From contig CBDCWI010000002.1 in assembly GCA_965223325.1 (NCBI GenBank), positions 2,752,001 to 2,816,000 of the forward strand: a stretch of DNA of 64,000 nt. The letters run 5' to 3'. The stretch comes from Candidatus Multivoradales bacterium. Its GTDB lineage: Bacteria > Acidobacteriota > Thermoanaerobaculia > Multivoradales > Multivoraceae. The number at the start of each line of letters is the position of its first letter. Within the stretch, counting starts at the first letter, position 1. Of this stretch, positions 47,645 to 58,218 are shown in pieces. The position numbers and the translations under genes were made by a program. The notes beneath the pieces were generated by a model. That model ran no database searches. It had not been told where the DNA came from and was given only the letters and a program-made list of their open reading frames with translations.

Positions 47645-49027
47645 ATGGCTACCCGAAAGACTCCCAGCAAAAGCAACACACCGGACGCTGCCCGGGGAAG
47701 TGCTCGCGCAAATGCCCATGGAGCCACGCGAAGGTCGTCGTCCTCGCGGCTCCTGACCTCCCGCGAGGCCGCCAGCCGGCTGGGGATTCAGCCCGCCACC
47801 CTCTACGCCTACGTCAGCCGTGGTCTCCTGCGCTCGCGACCTGGCGACTCACCCCGCAGCAGGCTCTATGCGCGCGAAGACATCGAAGCGCTCGAGCGTC
47901 AGCGCTCGATGTCACGCACGCCGGCCGAGGCGGCACAGGCAGCACTCGACTGGGGGGCACCGGTCCTCGACTCATCGATCGCCCTGATCGATGACGGCAA
48001 GCTCTACTACCGCGGCGAACCTGTCGAACGCCTGGCGGTAGAGCGCAACTTCGAGGAGGTCACCGCCCTGCTCTGGGGGTTGCCGTTCGACGCCGCTGCC
48101 AGTCTCTTCCCGAGGCGGGTTCCCGCGCTCGCACCCGCGATGCGAAAGGTCCTCGCGCCGCTTGCCGCGGGTCATCCCAGCGACGCCATGTGCGTGCTCC
48201 TGCGCCACCTCCTGCACGAAGACATTGGCGCAGCCAGCCGCTCCGCCGATGCCAACCGTCGCAGCGCCGCGTTCTTGATCGTACGGCTGATCAGTCACGC
48301 GGCAGGCCTCGAGAAGTCGAGCGACGGGGGCCTGGCTGGAGCGCTTGCACGAGGCTGGGGAAACGTTGAACCAAGAGCGCATCGCCGGACGGCCGGCGCA
48401 ACCGACGACCAGCACCAGGCTCTCACGGAGCTTCTCAATTCGATTCTGATCGTGTGCGCCGATCATGAGTTCAACGTTTCGACCTTCACCGCACGCTGCG
48501 TCGCCTCAGCCGGCGCCACGCCCTACGACATCGTCAACGCCGGCCTGTGCGCCTTGCGCGGTCGCCGCCACGGCGGACACGCCGATCGCGTCGAGGCCAT
48601 GCTCTCCGAGGTCGGCATCGGAAGCGCAGAACAGCCCGTCGATCGCGATCGACTCGAACGCCTGTTGACCGCTCGACTGCAACGGGGCGAACGCCTTCCC
48701 GGCTTTGCACACCCGCTCTATCCTCAAGGAGACCCGCGCTTCTCGCTGGTGATGGACCGTCTAGCGCGGGCACGTCCCAACGCTCCGGGCGTCGAGGCAC
48801 TCTTTCATCTCGCCGAGCTGGCCGAAGACCTGGTGGGCGAAAAACCAACCGTCGACCTCGGCCTGGCCGCCGTGTCGACGACGATAGGGCGCGCCCCCGG
48901 AGGGGCATTCACCCTGTTTGCCCTCGGTCGAATCGCCGGCTGGATCGCGCACGCCCTCGAAGAAGCCGAGCGTGGCCGCTTGATCAGGCCCCGCGCTCGC
49001 TACATCGGCAAGCTGCCCACCGGTTGA
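47645..49027 (+). CDS. HTH (excisionase/MerR-like) - citrate synthase fusion protein
   Basis: LTSREAASRLGIQPATLYAYVSRGLL, then ADHEFNVSTF, HGG, GFAHPLYPQGDPR, TVDLGL, LIRPRARY. Confidence 0.88.
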   Translation: MATRKTPSKSNTPDAARGSARANAHGATRRSSSSRLLTSREAASRLGIQPATLYAYVSRGLLRSRPGDSPRSRLYAREDIEALERQRSMSRTPAEAAQAALDWGAPVLDSSIALIDDGKLYYRGEPVERLAVERNFEEVTALLWGLPFDAAASLFPRRVPALAPAMRKVLAPLAAGHPSDAMCVLLRHLLHEDIGAASRSADANRRSAAFLIVRLISHAAGLEKSSDGGLAGALARGWGNVEPRAHRRTAGATDDQHQALTELLNSILIVCADHEFNVSTFTARCVASAGATPYDIVNAGLCALRGRRHGGHADRVEAMLSEVGIGSAEQPVDRDRLERLLTARLQRGERLPGFAHPLYPQGDPRFSLVMDRLARARPNAPGVEALFHLAELAEDLVGEKPTVDLGLAAVSTTIGRAPGGAFTLFALGRIAGWIAHALEEAERGRLIRPRARYIGKLPTG

Positions 49028-49057
49028 CCCGAAGAACCCGCAGGCCCGCGGCCGCTG

Positions 49058-50152
49058 TCAACTGGCGTTGCGCCGACGCTTGCGCCTTCCTGAACCCTCG
49101 ACGCCGCGCAGGAACTCGAGCAGGCAACGGTCGAGCCACTCGATCTCCATCAGAAAGGCATCGTGCCCATGCGGCGCCTCGATGATCTCGAACTGCACCT
49201 GCGGCAGCGCCTCGGCCAGTTCCTCCTGATCGCCGAGGACGTAGAGCTGGTCGGAGCGCACTCCGACGACGAGAGCCGGGCTGTCGAGCTCGGCGGCGAC
49301 TTCTTGCCACGGTCGATCGCGACCGCGGCCGAGGTCGTGACTGTCCATCGCTTCGGTGAGGCGAATGTAGGTATTGGCATCAAAGCGCTGAACCAGCTTG
49401 CTGCCCTGGTAGCGCAGGTAGTTCTCGACTTCGAAGGCGGTCTCTAGAGCTTCGGTGGTGCGCACTTGTCGAGCAAACCTCTCGGTGAAGCTCTCCTGGC
49501 TGCGGTAGCTGATCAGTGCCATGGCCCGCGCCGCCGCCAGACCGTGGCGCGGCCCCGAACCGAGGCGGTAGAAGCCGCCACTCCAGTTGCGATCCGCCCG
49601 AATGGCCTGGCGCTGCGCCTCGCTTATACCGATGCACCAGGCCGAGTGAGCCCCCGAAGTGCAAACCGGCGCGATCGCCTGCACCCGCTCAGGAAACATT
49701 GCCGCCCACTCGAGCACCTGCATGCCTCCCATCGACCCACCGACTATCAGGCGCAAGCGCTCGACGCCGAGCGCCTCGAGCAGGCGCGCCTGGACGGTGA
49801 CCATGTCGCGAATCGTGACCTGCGGGAAGTCGGCGCCCCAGTGAACGCCGCTCCCCGGCCGCAGCGTGGTGGGACCCGTAGTGCCGTAGCAACCCGCAAG
49901 CACATTGCTCGCAATGACGTAGTTGTCGGCCGGGTCACACACCCCTCCGGGCCGGAAGAGCGTCTCCCACCAGTCGTCGGCATCGGCTGATCCGGTGAGC
50001 GCATGGCAGACAAGAATGGCTTCGCTCTCTGGAGTACCCCAGGTGCGATAGGCGACATCGATGCCGCGCAGCACTTCTCCACTCTCGAGACGAATTGGCG
50101 CCTCGAGCGTCTGGATCTGGGTCTCCGGGGAGACCAGGGAGCGATAGATCAT
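49058..50152 (-). CDS. metX: Homoserine O-acetyl/succinyltransferase (MetX family)
   Basis: CHALTG, TIRDMV, GGSMGG nucleophile, RFDAN, HGHDAFL. Confidence 0.94.
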   Translation of the reverse strand: MIYRSLVSPETQIQTLEAPIRLESGEVLRGIDVAYRTWGTPESEAILVCHALTGSADADDWWETLFRPGGVCDPADNYVIASNVLAGCYGTTGPTTLRPGSGVHWGADFPQVTIRDMVTVQARLLEALGVERLRLIVGGSMGGMQVLEWAAMFPERVQAIAPVCTSGAHSAWCIGISEAQRQAIRADRNWSGGFYRLGSGPRHGLAAARAMALISYRSQESFTERFARQVRTTEALETAFEVENYLRYQGSKLVQRFDANTYIRLTEAMDSHDLGRGRDRPWQEVAAELDSPALVVGVRSDQLYVLGDQEELAEALPQVQFEIIEAPHGHDAFLMEIEWLDRCLLEFLRGVEGSGRRKRRRNAS

Positions 50153-50178
50153 CTGACCGGGGTTCTCGGCATCTGAGT

Positions 50179-51528
<1,350 letters not shown>

Positions 51529-51571
51529 TTACCTCTGCAACTTCGTCTCGAGTCTTCAAACGCGCAATACG

Positions 51572-51608
51572 CAACAAACCCGCCACGACGAAGTCGCCGA
51601 GGCGGGTT
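51572..51608 (-). terminator. Attenuator-type terminator hairpin upstream of metY
   Basis: Minus strand AACCCGCC-TCGGCGACTTCGTCGT-GGCGGGTT then TGTTG; internal CGAC(TTC)GTCG hairpin; weak U-tract. Confidence 0.65.
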
Positions 51609-51641
51609 AGGTTCAATCGTTTCCTGGACTCTTCGAAAACG

Positions 51642-51782
51642 TCAGGGAAGCTTTCGCCTCCACCCCGCCTGGCTCATCGACGCGCAACACATGCAGCTGA
51701 CGGCGACCGGCATGCACCGGTGACGCTCGTCCCAGGAGGCCACAGGTGCCTTGGCGATGGAAGTTGAGTTTGTGCGGATCAT
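51642..51782 (-). CDS. Putative Cys/Met-rich leader peptide of the metY-metX operon (46 aa)
   Basis: Own translation: MIRTNSTSIAKAPVASWDERHRCMPVAVSCMCCASMSQAGWRRKLP*; 4 Cys + 3 Met within codons 23-36. Confidence 0.7.
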   Translation of the reverse strand: MIRTNSTSIAKAPVASWDERHRCMPVAVSCMCCASMSQAGWRRKLP

Positions 51783-51796
51783 GATGCGGGCTCAGG

Positions 51797-51805
51797 AGCC
51801 TAGCA
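51797..51805 (-). promoter_or_regulatory. Candidate extended -10 promoter (TGcTAGGCT) for leader-metY-metX
   Basis: TG-n-TAGGCT, 14 nt upstream of the leader ATG. Confidence 0.4.
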
Positions 51806-51950
51806 GAATCTTGCCTGTGGGGTGCGACAAGCGCTCGAATCTCGTGATTGCCAGAGATCGAGCCCTCATCGGAACCATGGCCGTCCCTATGCGTACAGCG
51901 GGTTTAGAATCCGGGCAACAAGCTGACTGAACATCTCCCAGGAGTTCCCA

Positions 51951-54719
51951 ATGAACGCCACCTTCTCGCGCACGGCTACCGCTCTGGCGACCAACCTGCT
52001 TCTCTCTGTTTTCCTCGTCTCGAGCCTCGGCACCACGCCCGCACTGGCCGCAGATAGCGCACTCGAGATCCCGTTCGAGAAGTTCGTTCTCGACAACGGC
52101 CTCACCCTCATCGTCCATGAAGACAAAAAGGCTCCGATCGTTGCCGTCAACGTCTGGTACCACGTGGGCTCGAAGGACGAAAAGCCTGGCAAGACCGGTT
52201 TTGCGCATCTGTTCGAGCATCTGATGTTCAACGGCAGCGAGAACTTCGACGACGACTACTTCAAGGCGATCGAGAAGGTCGGCGCTACCGATCTCAACGG
52301 CACCACCAACGCCGATCGCACCAACTACTTCCAGAACGTCCCCAAGACCGCTCTCGACACGGCACTGTGGCTCGAGTCCGACCGCATGGGGCACCTGAAA
52401 GGCGCCATCACCCAGGAGCGGCTCGATGAGCAGCGCGGCGTCGTCCAGAACGAGAAGCGGCAGGGAGAGAACCAGCCCTACGGCAAGGTGTTCACGGCGC
52501 TCGGTGAGAACTCCTACCCCGAGGGCCACCCCTACTCGTGGCCGACGATCGGCTCCATGGAAGACCTCAATGCCGCCAGCCTCGAGGACGTTCACGACTG
52601 GTTCGACAGCAAGTACGGCGCCGCCAATGCGGTCCTGGTAATTGCCGGTGACGTAGACGCGCAGGCGGTCAAGGCAATGGTCGAGCGCTACTTCGGTGAC
52701 ATTGATTCCGGCCCACCGCTACCGAAGAAGAAGGCATGGATTGCCAAGCGTTCGGGCGAGAAACGCGTCGTCATGCAGGATCGGGTTCCGCAGGCCCGGG
52801 TGTACCAGGTGTGGAACATTCCCGGCTGGGGTACCGAGGCCCTCGACACCCTCGACATCGCCTCGACGATTCTCTCCAACGGCAAGACCGCTCGGCTCTA
52901 CCGTCGGCTGGTCTACGAAGACCAGATCGCCACCGACGCCGGTGCCTTCGTTCTGCCGCGTGAACTCGGCGGCCTGTTCATCGTCCAGGCCAGCGTAGTG
53001 CCCGGTGGCAACGTCGCCGCGGTCGAGAAGGCACTCTCCGAAGAGCTGCAGAACTTTCTCGAAGAAGGACCCAACCCCGACGAGCTCGAAAGCGCCCTGA
53101 CCGTGACCCGCGCTGGCTTCATTCGCGGTGCGGAACGGATTGGCGGCTTCGGCGGCAAGTCCGACATCCTGGCAGCGAGCGAAGTCTACGGCGGTTCACC
53201 CGACGCCTACCTCGAGACCATGGCCTGGCAGGACCAGCTCGATGCCACGACCATTCGCGAGACCATGCGCGAGTGGCTCTCGGACGGCAAGCTGACGCTC
53301 GAGGTGCTGCCGTTCCCGGAATACAACACCAAGACGACCGATGTCGATCGCAGCACCCTCCCGGTGCCCGACACCTTCCCGGTCGGTGACTTCCCCAATG
53401 CCGAGCGCACCAGGCTCTCCAACGGTCTCGAGGTGGTGTTCGTCGAACGCCGCGCTGTGCCGGTCGTCAACATGCGGCTGTTGGTCGACGCAGGCTACGT
53501 TGCCGATCACAACGGCAAGTCGGGCGTTGCCAGCCTCGCCATGGACATGCTCGATGAGGGCACCACCACCCGCACCGCGCTCGAGATCTCCGAGGAAATC
53601 TCGAAACTCGGCGCGCGCCTCGGTGCCGGCTCGAACCTCGACACCAGCACCGTCACCCTTTCGACGCTCGCCGAGAACCTCGACGCATCGCTCGAGATCT
53701 TCGCCGACGTCATCCTCAACCCGAGTTTCGATGACGGGGAGCTCGAGCGGCGCCGGGCCCAACGGCTCGCCGGAATCCAACGCGAGAAGGCGCAACCCAC
53801 GCAGATGGCCCTGCGCGTGCTGCCAAAGCTGCTCTACGGCGGGGACCACCCCTATGGCATGCCGTTCACTGGAACCGGCACCGAGGGTGACGTGCAGAGC
53901 ATCGAGCGGTCCGACCTGGCTGGCTTTCACCAGACCTGGTTCCGGCCCAACAACGCACGCCTCCTCGTCGTCGGAGCAACCAGCCTCGATGAAATCACCA
54001 CGAAACTCGAAGCAGCCTTCCGGAGTTGGAAACCAGGCGACGTGCCAACAAAGAGGATTCCGGAAGTCGAACTCGCCAAGGGCCAGAAGATCTACCTCAT
54101 CGACAAGCCCGGCGCTGAACAGTCGATCATCTTCGCTGCCCACGTCATGCCGCCCAAGGCCAACGACGACGAGACCGCGCTGCAAGCAATGAACGACGTT
54201 CTTGGTGGCAGTTTCACCGCGCGCATCAACATGAACCTGCGCGAAGACAAGCACTGGTCGTACGGAGCGCGTTCGATGGTCATCGATGCCCGTGCCCAGC
54301 GCCCCTTCTTCGTGATGGCACCAGTCCAGACAGACAAGACCAAAGAGTCGCTCGAAGAAGTGATCTCGGAAGTCACCGGACTGGTGGGAGAGAATCCGGC
54401 AACCGAAGACGAGCTGGCGCGGGTCAAGGACCAGAACACCCTGACTCTCCCCGGTCGCTGGGAGACCTCCAACGCCATCCTCGGTGACCTCGCTGAGATC
54501 GAGACCTTCGACCTGCCGGAAGACTGGTGGTCGACCTACGGCGACCGCGTCAAAGGACTCGACCTCGATCAGGTCCGAGGCGCGGCAGAAAAGTACCTCC
54601 ATCCCGACAACATCGTCTGGGTGGTCGTCGGCGACCGGAGCGTTGTCGAGGAAGGCCTACGCGATCTGGGAGTCGGCGACATCGTGGCACTCGACCCCGA
54701 CGGCAACCTGGTTGAGTAG
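51951..54719 (+). CDS. M16B zinc metallopeptidase (pitrilysin family), secreted
   Basis: Signal peptide, LDNGL, GFAHLFEHLMF (HXXEH), NGTTN.DRTNY, NLREDKHWSYG. Confidence 0.95.
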   Translation: MNATFSRTATALATNLLLSVFLVSSLGTTPALAADSALEIPFEKFVLDNGLTLIVHEDKKAPIVAVNVWYHVGSKDEKPGKTGFAHLFEHLMFNGSENFDDDYFKAIEKVGATDLNGTTNADRTNYFQNVPKTALDTALWLESDRMGHLKGAITQERLDEQRGVVQNEKRQGENQPYGKVFTALGENSYPEGHPYSWPTIGSMEDLNAASLEDVHDWFDSKYGAANAVLVIAGDVDAQAVKAMVERYFGDIDSGPPLPKKKAWIAKRSGEKRVVMQDRVPQARVYQVWNIPGWGTEALDTLDIASTILSNGKTARLYRRLVYEDQIATDAGAFVLPRELGGLFIVQASVVPGGNVAAVEKALSEELQNFLEEGPNPDELESALTVTRAGFIRGAERIGGFGGKSDILAASEVYGGSPDAYLETMAWQDQLDATTIRETMREWLSDGKLTLEVLPFPEYNTKTTDVDRSTLPVPDTFPVGDFPNAERTRLSNGLEVVFVERRAVPVVNMRLLVDAGYVADHNGKSGVASLAMDMLDEGTTTRTALEISEEISKLGARLGAGSNLDTSTVTLSTLAENLDASLEIFADVILNPSFDDGELERRRAQRLAGIQREKAQPTQMALRVLPKLLYGGDHPYGMPFTGTGTEGDVQSIERSDLAGFHQTWFRPNNARLLVVGATSLDEITTKLEAAFRSWKPGDVPTKRIPEVELAKGQKIYLIDKPGAEQSIIFAAHVMPPKANDDETALQAMNDVLGGSFTARINMNLREDKHWSYGARSMVIDARAQRPFFVMAPVQTDKTKESLEEVISEVTGLVGENPATEDELARVKDQNTLTLPGRWETSNAILGDLAEIETFDLPEDWWSTYGDRVKGLDLDQVRGAAEKYLHPDNIVWVVVGDRSVVEEGLRDLGVGDIVALDPDGNLVE

Positions 54720-54729
54720 ATCGGCAGCG

Positions 54730-57700
54730 TTAGCCTTCCACACCGGTCGTCAGTCGACGGAGGGAGGCCAGCATCAGACCGAGGACCAGGAGAATCATTC
54801 CCCAGCCGCCGAGAGTCGGAACGGTGTAGACGCTTGCGATGACCACGACGGCAACGTCGTGGTCGTCTTCGTCGCCACCGGCACCGTTGATCTCGTTATC
54901 GACCAATACGTCGCCGCCGCCGTTGCCCTGATCGTCTTCGACGGTCGAATCGTCGTCGTCGCCGTCATCGGCGGCGATCTCGGCAAAGTTCTGAAGCGCT
55001 CCAATAGCGTCAGCGCGCACGGCCAGGTTCACCGGCAGCGTCATCGAGGCGCCAGCCGGCAGAACGCCGACGATGGCGGCGCGACCGTCGCTGCCGACGG
55101 CTACCCAGGAGTAGGGCAAGGTGGCACCACCGGCAGTCGTGCCGGGAGGATTGTCGACGAGGTTGAAGGGCTCGAAGTCAGCAAGATCGACGTAGTCGTT
55201 GATCTCGATGCCGGACGCATCGACCGTACCCTGGTTGAAGATCGTGATCGTAAACGGCACCAGATCACCCGGTTCGACTGTCGTCGCCCCGGCTGGAACC
55301 TTGCGCAACGCGAGGTCGTAGCGGGCTGGCGCACGGGTGAATCCGAAGTCGGTCTGATGGTCGTTCTCGCCGGGTGCACCGGCGACCACAACCGCCACCA
55401 TGTGTCCGTCGTAGGGCTGGCCGGGGGCTGCCAAGGTGCTGCCATCGGAGTCACGTTGGTCTTCGCTATCGCCGTTGGCATTCGCAGTCGTTGGTGAGGT
55501 CCCCGCCGGCCAATCCGCTGGGGCGATCGTGACTCGGTAGGTTTCGCCCGGCACCAGGCGATTGGCTCCCAACATGCCAGAGCCGAGTGGTCCTCCGAAA
55601 ACATAGTGACCTCCAACCGTCGTGGTCTGGCCGACCAGGGTGTTGGTGCTGTCGTAGAGGTTGACCGTCGTGCCATCGGGAACCGTCGATTCGGACGGAT
55701 CCTGAATGCCGGCGTTGGGACCGTCGTCGATCCAGACGCGGTTTCCAATCTGTACCGGAGACGAGGTGCACAGGAGCTCCACATCACCAAGTCCGGCACC
55801 CTTGCCGAAGTTGCGGAGCACCGTTCCGTCGTAGATCTCGTGGGCGCCGGTCTCGTCACCCGTCGCGTTGGTCAAGTAGCGGATTCCGCCACTGGAGAAG
55901 TCGTGGGGGTTCATCACCGTATTGACGACCTCGGTGAACCGCGGTGCGAGGGCCAGACCTCCGAGCGAGGTTTCGTGATGAGAAAGGTCACCACCGCCGC
56001 GCCCTTGATCGTCGCGGTAATACCACTCGCTGGTGCCCATCGCACTTGGCGGAGGGTGTTCACCCGGGCTGCGACGGGACGCAAAGGCACAGCCACCGGT
56101 GCCCTCCCATGCCCAAGCGCCAGCCACCCCGTCGAGAACCTGGCCACCGAGAGGATCAGATGTCCAACAGACGCGGTTGATGTCGCCTTGAGTGTTGTTC
56201 TCCCAGAATGGATCGCCGTCCATCAGGTCACCCGGCGCAGCCTCGACGCATGGCCCGCCACTGCAGGATCCGTCGGCAGGATCGGCAAAGTCGCCGTTGC
56301 CACCGAGACCGGGGTTGAAGGCCTGCTGCCCGATCTGGTCTGAGGAACGATCACGGAACCCGAGAATCATCGAACCGTCGGAATCGAACTCGATGTCGGT
56401 GAGCATCGGCTGCGGGTAGTGCGCGCTGTAGCGGAAGGTGTTGGCCTGCATATAGAGATAGCCCTTGTCGAAGGTCCCCACCCAGGCATGCCAGCGCCCG
56501 GTCGCATCGTTGAGATACGGCGTTTGGACCCCGGCACCATCCGGGTCACCCTCCTCGGTCGCGAACAGGCCAGCGCCGCCTCGGTTGAACGACATGTCGG
56601 TCAGCGAGAAGACGGACTCGGTGGTGAGCGCGCCGCCGGTGAGTGGGCTGGTGACCCGAAAGACGTGCGCCTGCACCTGGCCGATGTTGTCGACGCCACC
56701 GTTGTCGTTGACGCGGAAGTCGTCGGTGAGGTCACCCACGGTGCCGTTGTCGTCGGTGGCAAAGCGGATCGGGCTGGCGTTGTTGGTTTCGCCGCTGCAA
56801 ACCCCACCGATGTAGAGCTCGCCATGGTGCATTGCAAGCGCGAAGGGTCGCCAGTCGCCACCCACCGCGCCACCGGTATCGCCACCGGGGCAACCAGGGC
56901 CGGGAATCGCGCCGAGACTTGCGACCGTCGCCGCACCGACACCACCTGAAAGATCGACGCGATAGAGGTTGCGATCGAAGAGGTTGACCACGAACAACGC
57001 ATCGTCGCCCAGCTCGATGTCACCGAGTCCTTCCTTACCCGGTCGACCGAAGAACGCCGAGTCCCATTCCATGTCGAGATCGATTTCCGGGGCTCCAGCG
57101 CCCGCACCGTCCGGATCGCGCCCCTGGTCACGAGGGGTGGGTACCGCTGCGGCTGCGTTGGGAATCACGATCGTAGCCAGCGGCATCGGCGAGCTCCGGT
57201 CGAGGACATAGACCGTGCCGGCACGCTCCTGTGCCGTGGCGCCAACCGGTCCGGGACCCCAACCCGAATGGCGCTTGCCGTAGGAAGCGGCAAAGATGAG
57301 CGCGTCGTCGGTCGTCGGATCCTGATCGGGGTCACCGTCGACCGCCACTCCCCAGACCGCACCGGTGAGGTCATGGGTCGAAAGCGCCGTTTCGCCCGTC
57401 CCGTTGACCGTTGGGGCGTGCGGAACGCTCACCACCGAAGCGACGGTGTCCGCCCCGGCCAGTGTGATCGGGCCACCCGCAAAACAAGTCGTCACCACGT
57501 CCGGGGAGGAGTTGCACCAGTCAGCCGGCGCATGCATCGCGAAGTCGACCCCGGCGTCGTTGCCGAGAGCGAATACGACCGACGTGTCATCGGTCGCTGC
57601 CAAGGCCGCTGAGGGTGCCAGGAACGAGAGGGCTGTGGGAATCTCCGCTTCGACTCGATAGGTCGTCGCGCCGCCAAGACCGCTCAGGGTGTAGGCACCG

Positions 57701-57909
57701 GTGGCCGAGGAGGTCGCCGTATCGATGATGGTGTTGTTGTCGTCCCAAGCGCGAACCACGACTCCCCCAATGCCGGGCTCGCCTGGGTCTTGAATCGCAT
57801 TCTGGTTGGCGTCGTTGTAGACGACACCAGTGATGTCAGCCGCAGCTGGGAGGGTGATCAACATGCCGAGCGAGATGAGAAGCAGCGAAAAGAGGGGCTG
57901 GGGTCGCAT
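54730..57909 (-). CDS. Large surface protein: SdrD-B-like domains, DUF11-like domain, IPTL-CTERM tail
   Basis: ITGVVYNDANQNAIQDPGEPGIGGV, IGNRVWIDD...GIQDPSE, DLALRK...PGDLVPFTITIFNQG, C-terminal VPTLGGWGMILLVLGLMLASLRRL. Confidence 0.85.
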   Translation of the reverse strand: MRPQPLFSLLLISLGMLITLPAAADITGVVYNDANQNAIQDPGEPGIGGVVVRAWDDNNTIIDTATSSATGAYTLSGLGGATTYRVEAEIPTALSFLAPSAALAATDDTSVVFALGNDAGVDFAMHAPADWCNSSPDVVTTCFAGGPITLAGADTVASVVSVPHAPTVNGTGETALSTHDLTGAVWGVAVDGDPDQDPTTDDALIFAASYGKRHSGWGPGPVGATAQERAGTVYVLDRSSPMPLATIVIPNAAAAVPTPRDQGRDPDGAGAGAPEIDLDMEWDSAFFGRPGKEGLGDIELGDDALFVVNLFDRNLYRVDLSGGVGAATVASLGAIPGPGCPGGDTGGAVGGDWRPFALAMHHGELYIGGVCSGETNNASPIRFATDDNGTVGDLTDDFRVNDNGGVDNIGQVQAHVFRVTSPLTGGALTTESVFSLTDMSFNRGGAGLFATEEGDPDGAGVQTPYLNDATGRWHAWVGTFDKGYLYMQANTFRYSAHYPQPMLTDIEFDSDGSMILGFRDRSSDQIGQQAFNPGLGGNGDFADPADGSCSGGPCVEAAPGDLMDGDPFWENNTQGDINRVCWTSDPLGGQVLDGVAGAWAWEGTGGCAFASRRSPGEHPPPSAMGTSEWYYRDDQGRGGGDLSHHETSLGGLALAPRFTEVVNTVMNPHDFSSGGIRYLTNATGDETGAHEIYDGTVLRNFGKGAGLGDVELLCTSSPVQIGNRVWIDDGPNAGIQDPSESTVPDGTTVNLYDSTNTLVGQTTTVGGHYVFGGPLGSGMLGANRLVPGETYRVTIAPADWPAGTSPTTANANGDSEDQRDSDGSTLAAPGQPYDGHMVAVVVAGAPGENDHQTDFGFTRAPARYDLALRKVPAGATTVEPGDLVPFTITIFNQGTVDASGIEINDYVDLADFEPFNLVDNPPGTTAGGATLPYSWVAVGSDGRAAIVGVLPAGASMTLPVNLAVRADAIGALQNFAEIAADDGDDDDSTVEDDQGNGGGDVLVDNEINGAGGDEDDHDVAVVVIASVYTVPTLGGWGMILLVLGLMLASLRRLTTGVEG

Positions 57910-58097
57910 GGTGGGGGATCTCCGGAGGAACCGGGCTTCGGATCGCTGGGAGGCGATTCGGGAAGGCCCGGGAGAGGCGGCCCTCACGCTCGAGGGCTAG
58001 ACCACCTCAGAAGCAAGAGGGTCGGGAGAGAGGGGAAAGCGGGCGGAGGGCCGAAGAAACGGTCCTCGAGCGGCGGGAGCCGCGGGAAGGGGAATGC

Positions 58098-58135
58098 GCA
58101 GCCAGGCAGCCAGGCAACCAGGCAACCAGGCAGCC
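58098..58135. repeat. 8-bp tandem repeat (GCARCCAG) x ~4.75
   Basis: gcagccag gcagccag gcaaccag gcaaccag gcagcc. Confidence 0.85.
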
Positions 58136-58218
58136 CGGGAACCCTAACGAACTTCGCCTATGAATTCCATGAAAAGCGTTATTTCACCAAACGGGCGGGA
58201 CCCACGCCCAGGGCCCCT

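Noticed and set aside
51610-51700. SAM-I riboswitch upstream of metY (GGTGGAGG seen)
   Set aside because: No ATC..GAG P1 start, GCAACC or GTGC.AA core; the leader-peptide model fits better. An Rfam scan would settle it.
53196-54602. Long antisense ORFs (also 44909-46219, 62093-63745, 26316-27371)
   Set aside because: Shadow frames of well-supported genes, expected at high GC3.
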